DNA from: the human T2T-CHM13v2.0 reference genome, Homo sapiens
NCBI RefSeq assembly: GCF_009914755.1
Contig: NC_060929.1
DNA length: 64,000 nucleotides
Direction: 5' to 3' (one strand)
Under the pieces are notes generated by a model. That model was given only the letters and a program-made list of their open reading frames with translations, searched no databases and was not told the DNA's origin. Made by a program: the position numbers and the translations under genes. Shown piece after piece: positions 38,138 through 51,569 of the stretch. Positions within the stretch are counted from its first letter, which is position 1. The number at the start of each line of letters is the position of its first letter.

Positions 38138-38293
38138 TATTTAGTGAACACTTCAAAAATGATGACTTAAATATTTGGGATTTGGTTGGCAAATTGAAAA
38201 CACTCTAACAAAACATATTTAGTGAACACTTCAAAAATGATGATTTAAACATTTGGGGTTTGGTTGGCAAATTGAAAACACTCTAACAAAACA
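38138..38293. repeat. 78-bp tandem duplication (2 copies, 75/78 identical)
   Basis: TATTTAGTGAACACTTCAAAAATGATG...CTCTAACAAAACA at 38138-38215 and 38216-38293. Confidence 0.95.
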
Positions 38294-38777
38294 CTTTTAC
38301 CCTTCAATGTCTAATCTCTCTGAAGGGTTTTGATACCTTCTTATTTCTCTCACCGACAGTTTCTTAGAAAGCCTTTTGATGTCAAGAAGATCTTCCTATG
38401 TGACTCTTGAGAGTACTCGTTGTTTTTTCCTAAGAATCAGGAATTTACTCACTTTCTTTGAAGTAAGCAAACAAAAAATGTTAAAAGTTACTTGTTTTCA
38501 GTTCACAACTTCAACCCCCAAGTAAAGCAGACAACTCTAGCAGTCTTTATCTTCTACCCTACACTACCAGCCCATTTAGCAAATGCCTGGCTGTTTCCAT
38601 CAGACCCTTGGCTGGTAAGATATCATTTTAGTTCTAATCAGAGCTGGTGTACTGCAAGGCTGGCTGAGTCTTTTTCTCTTGGAAGAATTCAGGAGTTATT
38701 CAACTGATTTTCCTACCTCAACTCATCAACTTTCAAAATGAAATACAATATAAATGGTCACCACATAAACCAATAGT

Positions 38778-39123
38778 AAAACGCTTGGGACAAAAAGTAT
38801 TTTGGATTTTGGATTTTTTTTCTTTTAGATTGTGGAATATCTGCATACACATAATGAAAAAACTCAGGGACAGGATCCAAGTCTAAACCCAAAATTCATT
38901 TATGTTTCATAATACACATATACACATAGCCTGAAGGTAATTTTATATACTACTTCTAATAATTTTGTGCATAAAACCAAATTTTGACTACATTTCAACT
39001 GCGACCCATTGCATGAGGTCAGGTGTGTAATTTTCCACTTGTGGCATCATATTTGTGCTCAAAAAGTTTCAGGTTTTTTAGCATTTCAGAGTTTTGATTT
39101 TCAGATTAGGGATACTCAGCTTG
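38778..39123. mobile_element. Tigger4/MER46-type DNA transposon
   Basis: AAACGCTTGGGAC..TTTTGGATTTTGGATTTT...CATGAGGTCAGGTGTG.AATTTTCCACTTGTGGCATCA...TTCAGATTAGGGATACTCAGCTTG|TA. Confidence 0.85.
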
Positions 39124-39346
39124 TATCATTGTATATGTAAAGAAGGAACCAATATTCTTTAATATTCAATATCCATTTGTGGTGGGTGATACATGGAAAA
39201 GCATATTCATATCCTTTATATATAATGTTGTTTGACCATGCAGCTTGTTGGGGACAGGGTACATAGTAGCCATCAGATGCTCAGAGGGGTCTTTGAAACT
39301 TTATTAGACATGATAAGCCAGTAATGCTGCAGTATTCAATGACTTA

Positions 39347-39710
39347 TGATATGGTTTGGCTGTGTCCCCACCCAAATCTCATTTTCAATTATAACTCCCA
39401 CAATTCCCATGTGTCATGGGAGGGACCCAGTGGGAGGTAATTGAATCATGGGGGCGGGTTTTTCTCGTGCATTCTCGTGATAGTGAATAAGCTTCATGAA
39501 ATCTGATGGTTTTAAAAACAGGAGCTTCCCTCTTCTCTTTGCCTGCTGCCATCCATGTTAGTAAGATATGACTTGCTCCTCCTTGGCTTCCACCATGATT
39601 GTGAGGCCTCACCAGCCATTTGGAACTGTGAGTCCATTAAACCTCTTTCTTTTGTAAATTAGCCAGTCTTGGGTATGTCTTTATCAGCAGCATGAAAATG
39701 GACTAATACA
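39347..39710 (+). mobile_element. THE1B-like solo LTR
   Basis: TGATATGGTTTGGCTGTGTCCCCACCCAAATCTC...GGACTAATACA; TSD ACTTA at 39342-39346 and 39711-39715. Confidence 0.95.
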
Positions 39711-39789
39711 ACTTAGCATACCAAATTTTAATTTCTTGTTTATGAGTATTTATGCAATGTACTTTTATTGAGGGGAAGAAGCAGAGAGA

Positions 39790-40040
39790 AGAGCTCTGTT
39801 TCTCACACAGTCTCTCAGGATCCAGGCTCACAGAAGCTGCCTCATCTTACAGCCTCACCCTCTGGATCATAGCCTTCTTTGTTACTACAGCAGAGGATAA
39901 AATAGCATGGATATCACTCATCTCTTCTACTACGCTTCTTCCCAGAAGGGATACATGCCTTTCCCACTTACTTTAGTTCATTGGCAACAACAGGTCACAT
40001 GGCCCAATCTAACCATAATAGGTCTGGGAAATGTAATTTT
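39790..40040 (-). mobile_element. Old MLT1 (J/K/L-like) LTR fragment
   Basis: CAGTCTCTCAGGATCCAGGCT...TTCATTGGC...GGTCACATGGCCCAATCTAAC...CTGGGAAATGTA. Confidence 0.55.
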
Positions 40041-41355
40041 TTGTGTGTCTAGAAAGATAAGAAATCCAGATCTTGATTTTGCTAGAGAAACATCTACCAT
40101 AGACCTTAAATAAACTTGGGTTATACTAGGATGTTTATCAAATAGTTTTATCAAAAATCAATGTCATGATTGGTAGCTCGGACTCTGAAGGATAGAGACA
40201 ATATTACCTGTATATGATTGATAAATAAATATGTAAAGGATCTGTAATTTAGTTATGGAGGTCTCAGGATCTTGTTTCTTAATAATATTTGAACTTATGA
40301 ACTGAGAAAAGAGAGGACAGAACACAGAAGTGCAGGATAGGAAGTACCAACAATGATGTCTTTGGTCACGTAATTCCACTTAGGAAGACATAAATCCTTT
40401 CAATGATGTACAGCATTTTAGTAGAAAAACAACATATTTTTGGACATAAAAGCATAAAATGATTTGAGTCACAGCAGAAATAGAATGTTGACATGCGGAA
40501 GTGCTTTAAAATTTCACTTATATCATTAGGAATTAAAGCAGAGTAGAGTGCACTGGGAGAGTGGATTTTTAGGTCTGTGCAGCAGGGCATTTAGTCTTGT
40601 CTTGCTGAAGTTCATTGTCCCACAGCTACTGGCATTAACTCATCATGTTCTTCTACTGCAAAACGTTTTAGGTCCTCATCAAGTGCAGAATGAAGTGCAA
40701 TCTCCCTAGCACACACTCGAGAGTCTTCAGTCGTCTTACTCCTGCGCACTTCTTCAATTTAAACCTCTACCATGACTTTTCCCTTACTCCATTCTCTTGG
40801 AACCCGAAACATCTTCACCCAGACTATGCTCTGTTGGCTTTGGGTATTTTATGTGTATTTAGTAACCACTATGCAGGAGAAGAATTAGCAAAAGCAATTA
40901 CTAGAATATTTTAATTACAATCCTATCAAAGACAAACTTTGGTTTAACTGCAGTATGTTTTCTTATTTGAAGTGCAAACAGACAAAGAGAGAAAATTCAT
41001 GCTTGAATTTTCACAGATACATTTGGATTTCACATTCTGTTTTTTAAAAGCAGAAATGTGGACTGGTTGATAGCAATAATTAGAGCACTGGGCTTTTATA
41101 AGATTTTTGTTTTCAGTTTTGAATGTTATACATGCTAACAATAAGTGAAATTCAAAAGTATATTAGTAATAATATATAATATATGTGGTAATATTATACT
41201 AATAAGTTGATTAGTAATAATTTAATAATCCTCTCTCAACTTTCAACTAATTTCATTTCTATTCCTTTGGGAATCAGTATAAACAATCTGTCATCACGTT
41301 ATTCTTTATCTTTTTCCACATTCACATTACCAAAATATGTAATGTATCCATAAGG

Positions 41356-41618
41356 TTTTTTTTTTTTTTTTTTTTTTGTTTTTTGTCAGAGTCTTGCTCT
41401 GTCACCCTCCTGGGTTCAAGTGATTCTCCTGCCTCAGCCTCCTAAGTAGCTGGCATTACAGGTGCCCACCACTACACCAGGCTAATTTTCATATTTTTAG
41501 TAGAGATGGGGTTTCACCATGTTGGCCAGGCTAGTCTTGAATGTCTGACCTCAGGTGATCGGCCCACCTCAGCCTCTCAAAGTGCTGGGATTACAGGTGT
41601 GAGCCACTGCACCAAGCC
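41356..41618 (-). mobile_element. AluS with a ~45-nt deletion in the right arm
   Basis: Poly-T; TCTGTCACC joins directly to CTCCTGGGTTCAAG; short TSD ATAAGG at 41350-41355 and 41620-41625. Confidence 0.92.
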
Positions 41619-41689
41619 AATAAGGGCTTAAAAAAAAAAAAAAGAAAGAAAGAGAAAACCTAACCCAAACTCATTTGGGATGAAAGAGC

Positions 41690-42075
41690 ACATGTAGCTC
41701 CAGGTTTGACTTGAATGATGTGTTCAGGATTCAGCTTCATTCCATCTCTCAGTATGGCTCTACTGTCCTTTATGGGTGAGCTTCATGGTGGTGGCTCAGT
41801 GGCTCTACCAGTGGAGGTCACATACCCTTTTACTTATGTCCAAGTCCTGTAGGGAAGAGAGTGCCTCTGCTTTGTTGCCCCAGCGCTCCTAGCATTGTCA
41901 GCAAAAAAGAGTTTTATTAGATTTTATGGAGTTGGATTGCACTGATTGTGCTCTTGAGCTCAGCATGTTGCCACCTGGGTCATGTGCTCCACGCTGTCTT
42001 GAAGATGGAAGCCCACATGGAGCACGTGGACTAAGATGGGAGTGACAGGACCTTAATGAAATTTAGGGGTTACTA
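41690..42075 (-). mobile_element. Old MLT1 (I/J-like) LTR fragment
   Basis: CCATCTCTCAG...GGAAGAGAGTGCCTCT...CTGATTG...CCTGGGTCATGTGCTCCAC. Confidence 0.5.
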
Positions 42076-42159
42076 TTCACAGTCTAATAAACGGATGGTG
42101 GGCATAGAGTTATACAGGTCATCGTTTGCCCATTGCTCTCCTCCAAGTCAGAAATTACA

Positions 42160-43265
42160 GCTCATTCCTTTCAGCAGTTTAATAATGTCTTATGATCTAG
42201 AATTATGACAACTTTTTAACCTACCAACGGACATTGAGAAATTTCCTGATTTATTTTCTATACCACAATGTTGCAACAAACATTCTTACATACTGTTGCT
42301 TTTACTTTTATATGTTGTGTTCTTCATTAATGTCTCTCTTGTATATCCTTTTCATATCTATTATGTTCTTTATTTTAATTTGCTAAAAATTCTTAGTTTT
42401 TTTCAGAGAGGTTGTAATAATTCACACAAAATTTGAGAGTGCTCATCTCCTTACATATGCATAGGACTAGATGTTTTAGTTCTTTTTATTTTTTAGGTGA
42501 AAATGCCATCTTGTTTTTATTTTTTTCTATATTTTCCTTACAAGTAATGAGATTATCTTTTCAAATATTTATTTAAATAGGTTCATATATTTGTGTAACT
42601 TTCTACTAGAGTATGTATATGTGTGTGTGTTTAGTAAATTTTCAAACAATGTTTTTTCTATAGAAAAATTAAATACCTGACTGATTTATGTGTTTATTTA
42701 TGTGCATTTTTCATGTTTTTCCTTTGATTTTAGCATATTCTTTCTTCCTTGGGGAAAAATTAAACTCCATATGGTCAAATATATCAATCTTCACCATATT
42801 TCTTGAGCTTTCTGTTTTGCTAAAAAAAAAGTTCTCCTTACTACAGGGTTTTGCAAATCTTACCCTTGATTTTGCCAGATAATTATTATTATTTATATTT
42901 ATATATTTAATCCATTTGGAATTTCTAAAAATATGATATGATATAGAGGAGGGAATTTAAAGTTTTTATCAATTGGATAGAGCCAATTTACTACAGGCAT
43001 TTATTTAAATTATCCTTTTAATAAATAATTCAAATTTTAATTAATTAATAAACATTTATTTAAAATATTATTTTCCTACCCTATTGGCATTTTCTTTTTC
43101 ACATTATTAAGTTTCCATACATATATACTTACATGTGTTTCTGGAATATTTCAGCTATTCTACTCTTCTATCTTTCTGTCCTTATACCAATGCCATACCA
43201 TTTTGTGGTAAGTTTAATATCTGTAAGGCAGTTCCTTCTAACTCTTCTTTTTAAAAAATCTCTTG
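42160..43265 (-). mobile_element. Ancient L1M fragment, host of the next L1
   Basis: T-rich antisense L1 ORF2/3' sequence (TTTAATCCATTTGGAATTT, TTATACCAATGCCATACC); similar sequence resumes after 49740. Confidence 0.55.
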
Positions 43266-44795
43266 GGGTGAGGGAAAGATGGCTGACTAGACATAGCCAG
43301 GTGGAACAGCTCCCACCGGGGGACCAAGAGGACTGGGGTGCTCCCAACAGATTTTCAGAGGGAAGGCACCAAGAGTGGATGAAGGGAAGTCACAGAAGCT
43401 GGGCTGAAGGGGAGGAATCCTAGGAACCCTGCACGAGGTTACCATGCACAAGACTCGTTTCTGGCCCCCAGTGGCTCCAGGAAAATGGATGAGTTGAGCT
43501 GACAAAGAGCAACCTGCTCACCTCACAGGCCTCTGGAATCCCGGCAGGAGGAGACCCCTCAGTCACCACAGACACTCAGGTTGGCAAAGAGAGAGATGCT
43601 TAGAGAAGTGGTGAGGCAGCAAACCAGCTGATGTTGAGCCCAGAGCATTTGGTGCGGGAGCATCTGTAGTCGAGCATGGCCAGGGACATCCATTCCCCAG
43701 GCTCCACTTGCTCCCATAGGAGGCTTTAGCCCTAGGGAAACTGTGGGTACTGAAGTCTGCAGGGTGTCTTGCCCATCAGATGGGGCCAGTTTGACCTGAG
43801 CACCCCTTGGTCTTCTGGACTCTCCCGGGGTCCCAACCTGGCCACATCTTCTTGCAGGGCAGCCTTGGGTCCCATGGAGGCCCACACCATGGCTTCTGAG
43901 CTGGTGGACCATGCCAGACTGGCAAAGAGCTCTAGTGGGTTGGCCCCTATGGCCATGGGCCAGCCCACATACTCCCTCCCCATACTGCAGCTTCACTTGG
44001 GTCCATGGAAACTCCCCACATCACTCTGCTGGTGTGTGTGGGCACAGGCAGGTTTTTCTTTCCTTGCCTTACTAGTCTGCCCCCATTCCCCAGGCAACCG
44101 CCATTGCAGATGAAGTCTTGGTGGTCACAGAGCCAGCCAGCCCTGCCCCTACCAAGGTCCTGCCCTTGTGCTAGCACTGTGCAGAGAACAGATCTTCCCT
44201 CACCCTAAGCGACCACTTCTGCTTGTAGGGCACAGAGAAGGCACTCAGACCTACACCTGCCAGCACCCCACCACTGAGCCAACACCACTGCCAATATGAC
44301 TAGGCACACAGTTGCCAAAAGGGCCCCTCACCGCTCCCCCGAGCTGCGTTGCTTTCTCCACTGTGGTGTAGGCCTGCAGGGAGGCAGGCACTCTGGCACC
44401 TGGTAGCACTCTGCTGCAGCTGCTGCTACCACTGCTCCTGGCCCATGTGAATGAGGATGAATCCTGCTGTCACCACAGTATGAAACGCTTTCGCTGACAC
44501 CACCCATCAGAGTGTAGTGACTAGCAGTCAGGGAGCCTCCCCTTTGCAGTGGATCCCTAACCTCGAGGAGCCAGAGAACAAAGTAAGGGCCCAATACAAG
44601 TCCCTCAGAGTGAGAGCACACAGTCCAGGAGTTGGGAGCTGAGTGTTGGCCCTCTAAAGTCTTCTGGAAACGAGGCCAGTTGGCTCAATCCACCTTACAC
44701 CACAACCAAAACCTCAAGGCCATCAAATAAGATAAAAGAAAAAAAAATTCAAAAATCAGCAATCTCAAAGAATAAAGGAGGATAAGCCCACAAAT

Positions 44796-45800
44796 ATGAG
44801 AAAGAATCAGCACAAGAACACTGGCAACTCAAAAAGCCAAAGCGCCTTCTTTCCTCCAAATGACTGCACCAGCTCTCCAGCAAGCGTTCTAAACCAGGCT
44901 GAGATGGCTGAAATGACAGAAATAGAATTCAGAATCTGGATAGGAACAAAGATCATTGAGCTACGGGAGTACACTGAAACTCAATACAAGAAAGCTAAAA
45001 ATCATGATAAAACAATGCAGGAGCTGACAGACAAAATAGCCAGTATAGAAGAGAACATAAACAACCTGACAGAGCTGAAAAACACACTACAGAAATTTCA
45101 TAATGCAATCACAAGTATTAATAGCAAAATAGATGAAGCACAGGAAGCAGAGGAAAGACTCTCAGCTTGAAGACTGGCTTTCTGAAATAAGACAGATAAA
45201 AGTAGAGGAAAAAATGAAGAAGAACAAACAAAACCTCTGAGAAATATGAGATTATGTGAGGAGACTGAGTCCCTGAAAGGGATGGGGAAAATGGAACAAA
45301 CTTTGAAAACATATTTTAGGATATCATCCATGAGAACTTCCCCAGCCTAGCTAGAGCGGCCAACATTCAAATTCAGAAAATGCAGAGAATCCCAGTAAGA
45401 TACTTCACAAGATTATCCACAAGACACATAATCATCAGATTCTCCAAGGTCAAAATGAAAGAAAAAATGTTAGAGGCAGCTAGAGAGAAAAGTCAGGTCA
45501 CCTACAAAAGGGAGCCCATCAGACTAACAGTGAACCTCTCGGCAGAAGCCCTACAAGTGAGAAGAGTTTGGGGGGTCAATATTCAACATTCTTAAAGAAA
45601 AGAAATTCCAACCCAGAATTTTATATCTGGTCAAACTAAGCTTCATAAGTGAAGGAGAAATAAGATCCTTTTCAGAAAACTAAATGCTGAGGGAATTAAT
45701 TACCACCAGACCTGCCTTACAAGAGCTCCTGAAGGAATCACTAAATGTGGAAAGGAAAGATTGTTACCAGACACTACAAAGATACACTGAAGTACACAGA
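44796..45800 (+). pseudogene. L1 ORF1, disrupted
   Basis: MRKNQHKNTGNSKSQSAFFPPND...EFRIWIG... and ...RHIIIRFSKV... fragments; frameshifts; end approximate. Confidence 0.85.
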
Positions 45801-45860
45801 CCAGGGACACTATAAAACAACTATATAAACAATTCTGCATAATAACCAGCTAGCATCATG

Positions 45861-48800
45861 ATGACAGGGTCAAATCTGCACATATCAATACTAACCTTGA
45901 ATGTAAATGGGATAAATGCCCCAATTAAAAGACACAGTGGCAAGCTGGAGAAAGAACCAAGACCCATTGGTATGATGATGTCTTCAAGAGACCCATTTCA
46001 CATAAGCTCAAAATAAAGGGATGGAAAAAAATCTACCAAGCAAATGGAAAACAAGAAAAGCAGAGATTGCAATCCTAATTTCAAACAAAACGTGTTTTAA
46101 ACCAACAAAGATCATAAAAGACAAAGAAGAGCATTACATAATGGTAAAGAGTTCAATTCAACAAGATCTAACTATCCCAAATAGATATGCACCAACATAG
46201 GAATACCTAGATTCATAAAGCAAATTCTTAGAGAACTTTGAAGGGACTTAAAGATTCCCACACATAATAGTGGGAGACTTTAACACCCCACTGACAATAT
46301 TAGACAGATCATTGAGACAGAAAATTAACAAAGATATTCAGGACCTGAACTCGGCACTGGAGCAAGTGAGTCTGATAGGTATCTAAAAACTCTCCACCCC
46401 AAAATAAAAGAATACACATTCTTCTCATTGTCATGTGACACATACTCTAATATTGATTAAATAATCAGACATAAAATACTCCTCAAACAAGCAAAATAAA
46501 TCAAATCATAACAAACACTCTCTCGTACCACAGCACAAACAAATTAGAAATCAAGACTAAGAAATTAGCTCAAAACTATACAATTACCTTGAAAGTGAAT
46601 AATTGCTCCTGAAAGACTTTGGGGTAAATAATGAAATTAAGGCAGAAATCAAGAAGTTCTTCAAAACTAATGAGAACGATGATACAATGTACCAGAATCT
46701 CTGGGACACAGCTAAGGCAGTTTTAAGAGAGAAATTTATAGCACTAAATGGCCACATCAAGAAGTTAGAAAGATGTCAACATAACAACTTAATATCACAA
46801 CTAAAAGAACTAGAGAACCAAGAGCCACCAATCCCAAAGCTAGCAGAAGACAAGAAGTAACCAAAATCAGAGGTGAACTGAAGGACACTGAGACAGGAAA
46901 AACCATTCAAAAGATCAATGAATCCAGGAGCTATTTTTTTAATTAATAAAGTAGACTTCTGTCTGGACTAATGTTTATTAGTCTTAATAAATATTTTTAG
47001 ATTAATAAAGATTGTTAATCTTTATTGAAAGAAAAGAGAGAAGATTCAAATAAACACAGTAAGAAAGGAAAAGGGGGATATTACCAGTGATCTCACAGAA
47101 CTACAAATAACCATCAGAGAATATTATGAATACCTATATGCCCATAAACTAGAAGATCTAGAAGAAATGGTTACATTCCTGGACATATACATCCTCCCAA
47201 GACTGAACCAGGAAGAAACTAAATTCCTGAACAGACCAATAATGAGCTCTGAAAATGAATCAGTGATGAATAGCCTATCAACAACAACAACAACAAAAAG
47301 CTAGGACCAGAGAGATTCACAGCCAAATTCTACCAGATGTACAAAGATGAGCTGGTGCCATTCCTGCTGAAACTATTCCAAAAAATTGAGGAGGAAGGAC
47401 TCCTCCCTAACTCATTTTTTGAGGCCAGCATCATTCTGATACCAAAACCTGGCCAAGAAACAACATCAACCAAAAAGCTTCAAGCCTATATCCTGCTAAA
47501 TATTGATGCAAAAATCTTCAGGAAAATACTGGCAAACCAAATGCAGTATCAGATCAAAAACCTTATCCACCACGATAAAGTAGGCTTCACCCATGGGATG
47601 CAAAATTGGTTTAACATACGCAAATCAATAAATGTTATTCATTCATCTCATAAACAGAACGGAAGACAAAAAGCAAATGGTTATCTCAATAGATGCAGAA
47701 AAGGCTTTCGATAAAATTCACATCCATTCATACTAAAAGCTCTCAATAAATTAGGTATTGAAGGAACATACCTCAAAATAATAGGAGTCATCTGTGACAA
47801 ATCCACAGCCAACATCATATTGAATGGGCAAAAACTGGAAACATTCCCCTTGAAAATCGGCACAAGACAACGATATCCTCTCTCATCATGTCTGTGCAAC
47901 ATAGTATTGGAAGTCTGTCTAGGACAATCAGGCAAGAGAAAGAAGTAAAGTGCACCCAAATAGGAAGAGAGAAAGTCAAACTATCCCATTTTGCAGATGA
48001 CATAATCCTTTATCTAAAAAATCCCATAGTGTCAGCCCAAAGCTCCTTAAGCTGATAAACAACTTCAGCAAAGTCTCAGGATAGAAAATCAATGTGCAAA
48101 AGTTACTAGTATTCCTATACACCAACAACAGTCAAGCCGAGAGCTAAATCAGAAATGCAATCCCATTCATAATTGCCACAAAAAGGATAAAATACCTAGG
48201 AATGCAGCTAACCATGAAGGTGAAAGATCTCTACAAGAAGAACTACAAAACACTGCCCAAAGAAATCAGAGATGACACAAACTAATGGAAAAACATTCCA
48301 TGCTCATGGATAGAAAGAAGCAATATTGTTAAAATGTCCATACTGCACAAAGCAATTTAAAGATTCAATGCTATTCCTAATAAACTACCAATGACATTCT
48401 TCCTAGAACTATAAAAAACTAAAATTTAAAATTTAAAATTCATATGGAACCAAAAAATAGCCTGAATAGCCAAGGCAATCCTAAACAAAAAGAACCAGAG
48501 CTGGAGGCATCATTCTACCCAACTTCAAACTATACTACAGAGCAAAAGTAACCAAAAGGGCATGGTACTGGTACAAAAACAGACACATAGACCAATGGAA
48601 CAAAATAGAGGACCCAGAAAGGAGGCCACAAACCTACAACTATCTGATCTTTGAGAAACCTGACAAAAACAAGCAATGGGGAAATGATTCTTTATTCAAT
48701 AAATGGTGCTGAGATAACTGGCTAGACATATGCAGAAGATTGATTCTGGACCCCTTCCTTATGCCATACACAAAAGTTACTCAAGATGGATTAAAAACTT

Positions 48801-49530
48801 AAATATAACAACCAAAACTATAAAAACCCTGGAAGACAATATAGGAAATACCATTCGGGACATAGGAACAAGCAGGGATTTTTATGGCAAAGACACCAAA
48901 AACCACTGCTACAAAAGTAAAAATTGACAAATAGGATCTAATTAAACTAAAGAGCTTCTGCACACAAACGAAGCTATCAACAGAGTGAACAGACAATCTA
49001 CAGAATGGGAGAACATTTTTGCAAACTATGCATCTGACAAAGGTCTAATATCCAGCATCTGCAAGCAACTTAAACATATTTACAAGAAAAAAAAACAATC
49101 CCATTAAAAAGTAGGAAAAATACATAAACAGACACTTTTCAATAGAAGATATACATGTGACCAACAATCATATGAAAAAAAGCTCAATATCACTGATCAT
49201 TAGAGAAATGCAAATCAAAACCACAAAGAGATTCTATCTCATACCAGTCAGAATGGCTATTACTAAAAAGTCAAAAAGTAACATGTGCATTGCAGCACTA
49301 TTCACCGTAGCAAAGACATGGAATCAACCTAAATGCCCATCCAATGGTACACTGGATAAAGAAAATGTGGTACACATACACCATGGAATACTATGCAGCC
49401 ATAAAAAAGAACAAGATCATGTCCTTTGCAGGAACATGGATGGTGCTAGAGGCCATTATACTTAGCAAACTAACGCAGGAGCAGAAAATCAAATACCACA
49501 TGCTCTCACCTATAAGTGGAAGTGAAATGA
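45861..49530 (+). pseudogene. L1 ORF2, disrupted
   Basis: ATGACAGGGTCAAAT start; fragments [34 protein letters not shown] (FADD), WIKKMWYTYTMEYY; many stops and a ~200-nt deletion near 49283. Confidence 0.85.
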
Positions 49531-50143
49531 TGAGAACATGTGGATGCTTGGAGGGGAACAACACGTACTGGGACCTATGGGAAAGTGGAGGGTGGGAGGA
49601 GGGAGAGCATCAGGAAAAGTAACTAATGGGTACTAGGCTTAATACCTGAGTGATGAAATAATCTGTACAAACCCCCATGACACAAGTTTACCTATATAAA
49701 AACCCTTTATATTAATTAAAAAAAATAAATAAAATTTCTTGTCTGCTTTTGGACACTCTTCTACATGAATTTTAAATTCGCTTTATCATTAGATTTTCCT
49801 AAAACACACACACACGTGAGTGCTTACACCCATATACACATATACATCTCTCTTATGTTAGGATGCTTCTAGTGGGTGTAAATATTTTATTGTGTTTTTA
49901 ATTTGCATCTCCTTGATGCCTAACAATATTGAGCAGCTTTTCTTTTGTTTATTGATCATTAGCATATATTATTTCCTGAAGTTTTGTTCAAGCTGCACAT
50001 ATTTTTCTTGGGTTGCTTGTCTTTTCATTGACTTGTAAACATTCTTTATACATTCTGAATGCAAGTCATTTATTAAATATATATGCATTATAAATTGTGG
50101 CTTGCAATTTCATTTTCTTAATGGTGATTTTTAAAGAGCAGAA

Positions 50144-50440
<297 letters not shown>

Positions 50441-51193
50441 AAGAGCAGAACTTTTAAGTTGCTATAAGATGCAATTTATCTATTTTTTCTTTTATGATTA
50501 ATACTTTGTGTGTCTTAGCTGATGATTTTATGCTAATCTTGGGATCATGAAGATTTCCTCCAATTTATTTTCTAGAAAGTTTATAGTTTTGCTTGTTGTT
50601 CAGGCTACAATCCCCTGAGTTGTTTATGTGCATTATGCAAGGTAGGTTTTGAGACACCTAATTTCTGTCTGGCTTTGTGTCTGAGTTCCAGTCTGAAAAT
50701 TTGCCTGGCACATTGATCCTTCTAGAACTGGCATCCACCTTGCTTTGACCTGTACATCCACCTATCCATCCCACTCTGGGAAGAGACTTCTAGACATGAA
50801 TTTCTGCTCAGACCCTATTCCCACTTACAGATTTTGTGGGACCTACTTCTCATCTCTGGATAGTGCCTGCTCCTTGATTCCTTTGCCCATACTTTCTCTA
50901 CTTGCCTCTCAGCAGGCCCTGCTGCTGCATGTTCCATGTATTTGCTGCTATTTGCAATACTGCACTAACACCATTGCCAGTATTCTTTTCTCCAGCTTTC
51001 TTTGCCTCAGACTAGACATCCAGTTTCAAGTCTAGTATCTCCCATTCTGTGCCATCCTGGGCAATTTAACTGGACCATGCCTAGCCATGTCCATGATTGT
51101 TGCAATAGTTCTTTTTGTATATCTATGATTATTGCTTCTCCTTAGAGGCAGGGATTTTATCTTACCCATTTACATACATCCCTTGATCTTCCC

Positions 51194-51569
51194 CGTAATG
51201 GTTAATTTTATGTGTCAACTTAACTAGATCATGAGGTACCCAGATATTTGACTAACCATTATTCCTGTGTGTGTCTGTGAGGGTGTTTCTGGATGAGATT
51301 AGTATCTGAATAGGCAGTAAGCAGATGGCCCTCCCCAATTTGGTAGGAGATCATCCAATCCCTTCAGGGCCTGAATGCAACAAAAAGGTACAAAAAGGAA
51401 TTCTCTTTCTCTCTCTCTCCTTGACTGAGTTGGAACATTAGTCCTCTACCCTTAGATTCAGACTTATACCACCAGAGTTCCTTGTTTTCAGATATTTGAA
51501 CTTTGACTGGGACTTCACCACTAGCCCTCCTGGGTCTCTGGCTTGCAAACAGCAAATCGCAGGACTTCT
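51194..51569 (+). mobile_element. MLT2 (ERVL) LTR with a rearranged 3' end
   Basis: GTAATGGTTAATTTTATGTGTCAACTT...GTGTCTGTGAGGGTGTTTCTGGATGAGATT...GCAAATCGCAGGACTTCT. Confidence 0.85.

Larger units (their letters stand above)
43266..49730 (+). mobile_element. Full-length inactivated LINE-1, L1PA13-15-like
   Basis: 5' GAAAGATGGCTGACTAGAC, ~1.5-kb GC-rich 5'UTR, ORF1 from 44796, ORF2 from 45861, L1PA13-15-type 3'UTR; TSD AAAATCTCTTG at 43255-43265 and AAAATTTCTTG at 49731-49741. Confidence 0.92.

Noticed and set aside
41630-41658. A-rich run as the tail of a processed pseudogene
   Set aside because: No upstream mRNA-like body or independent TSD; it is most likely the A-rich target site beside the Alu.
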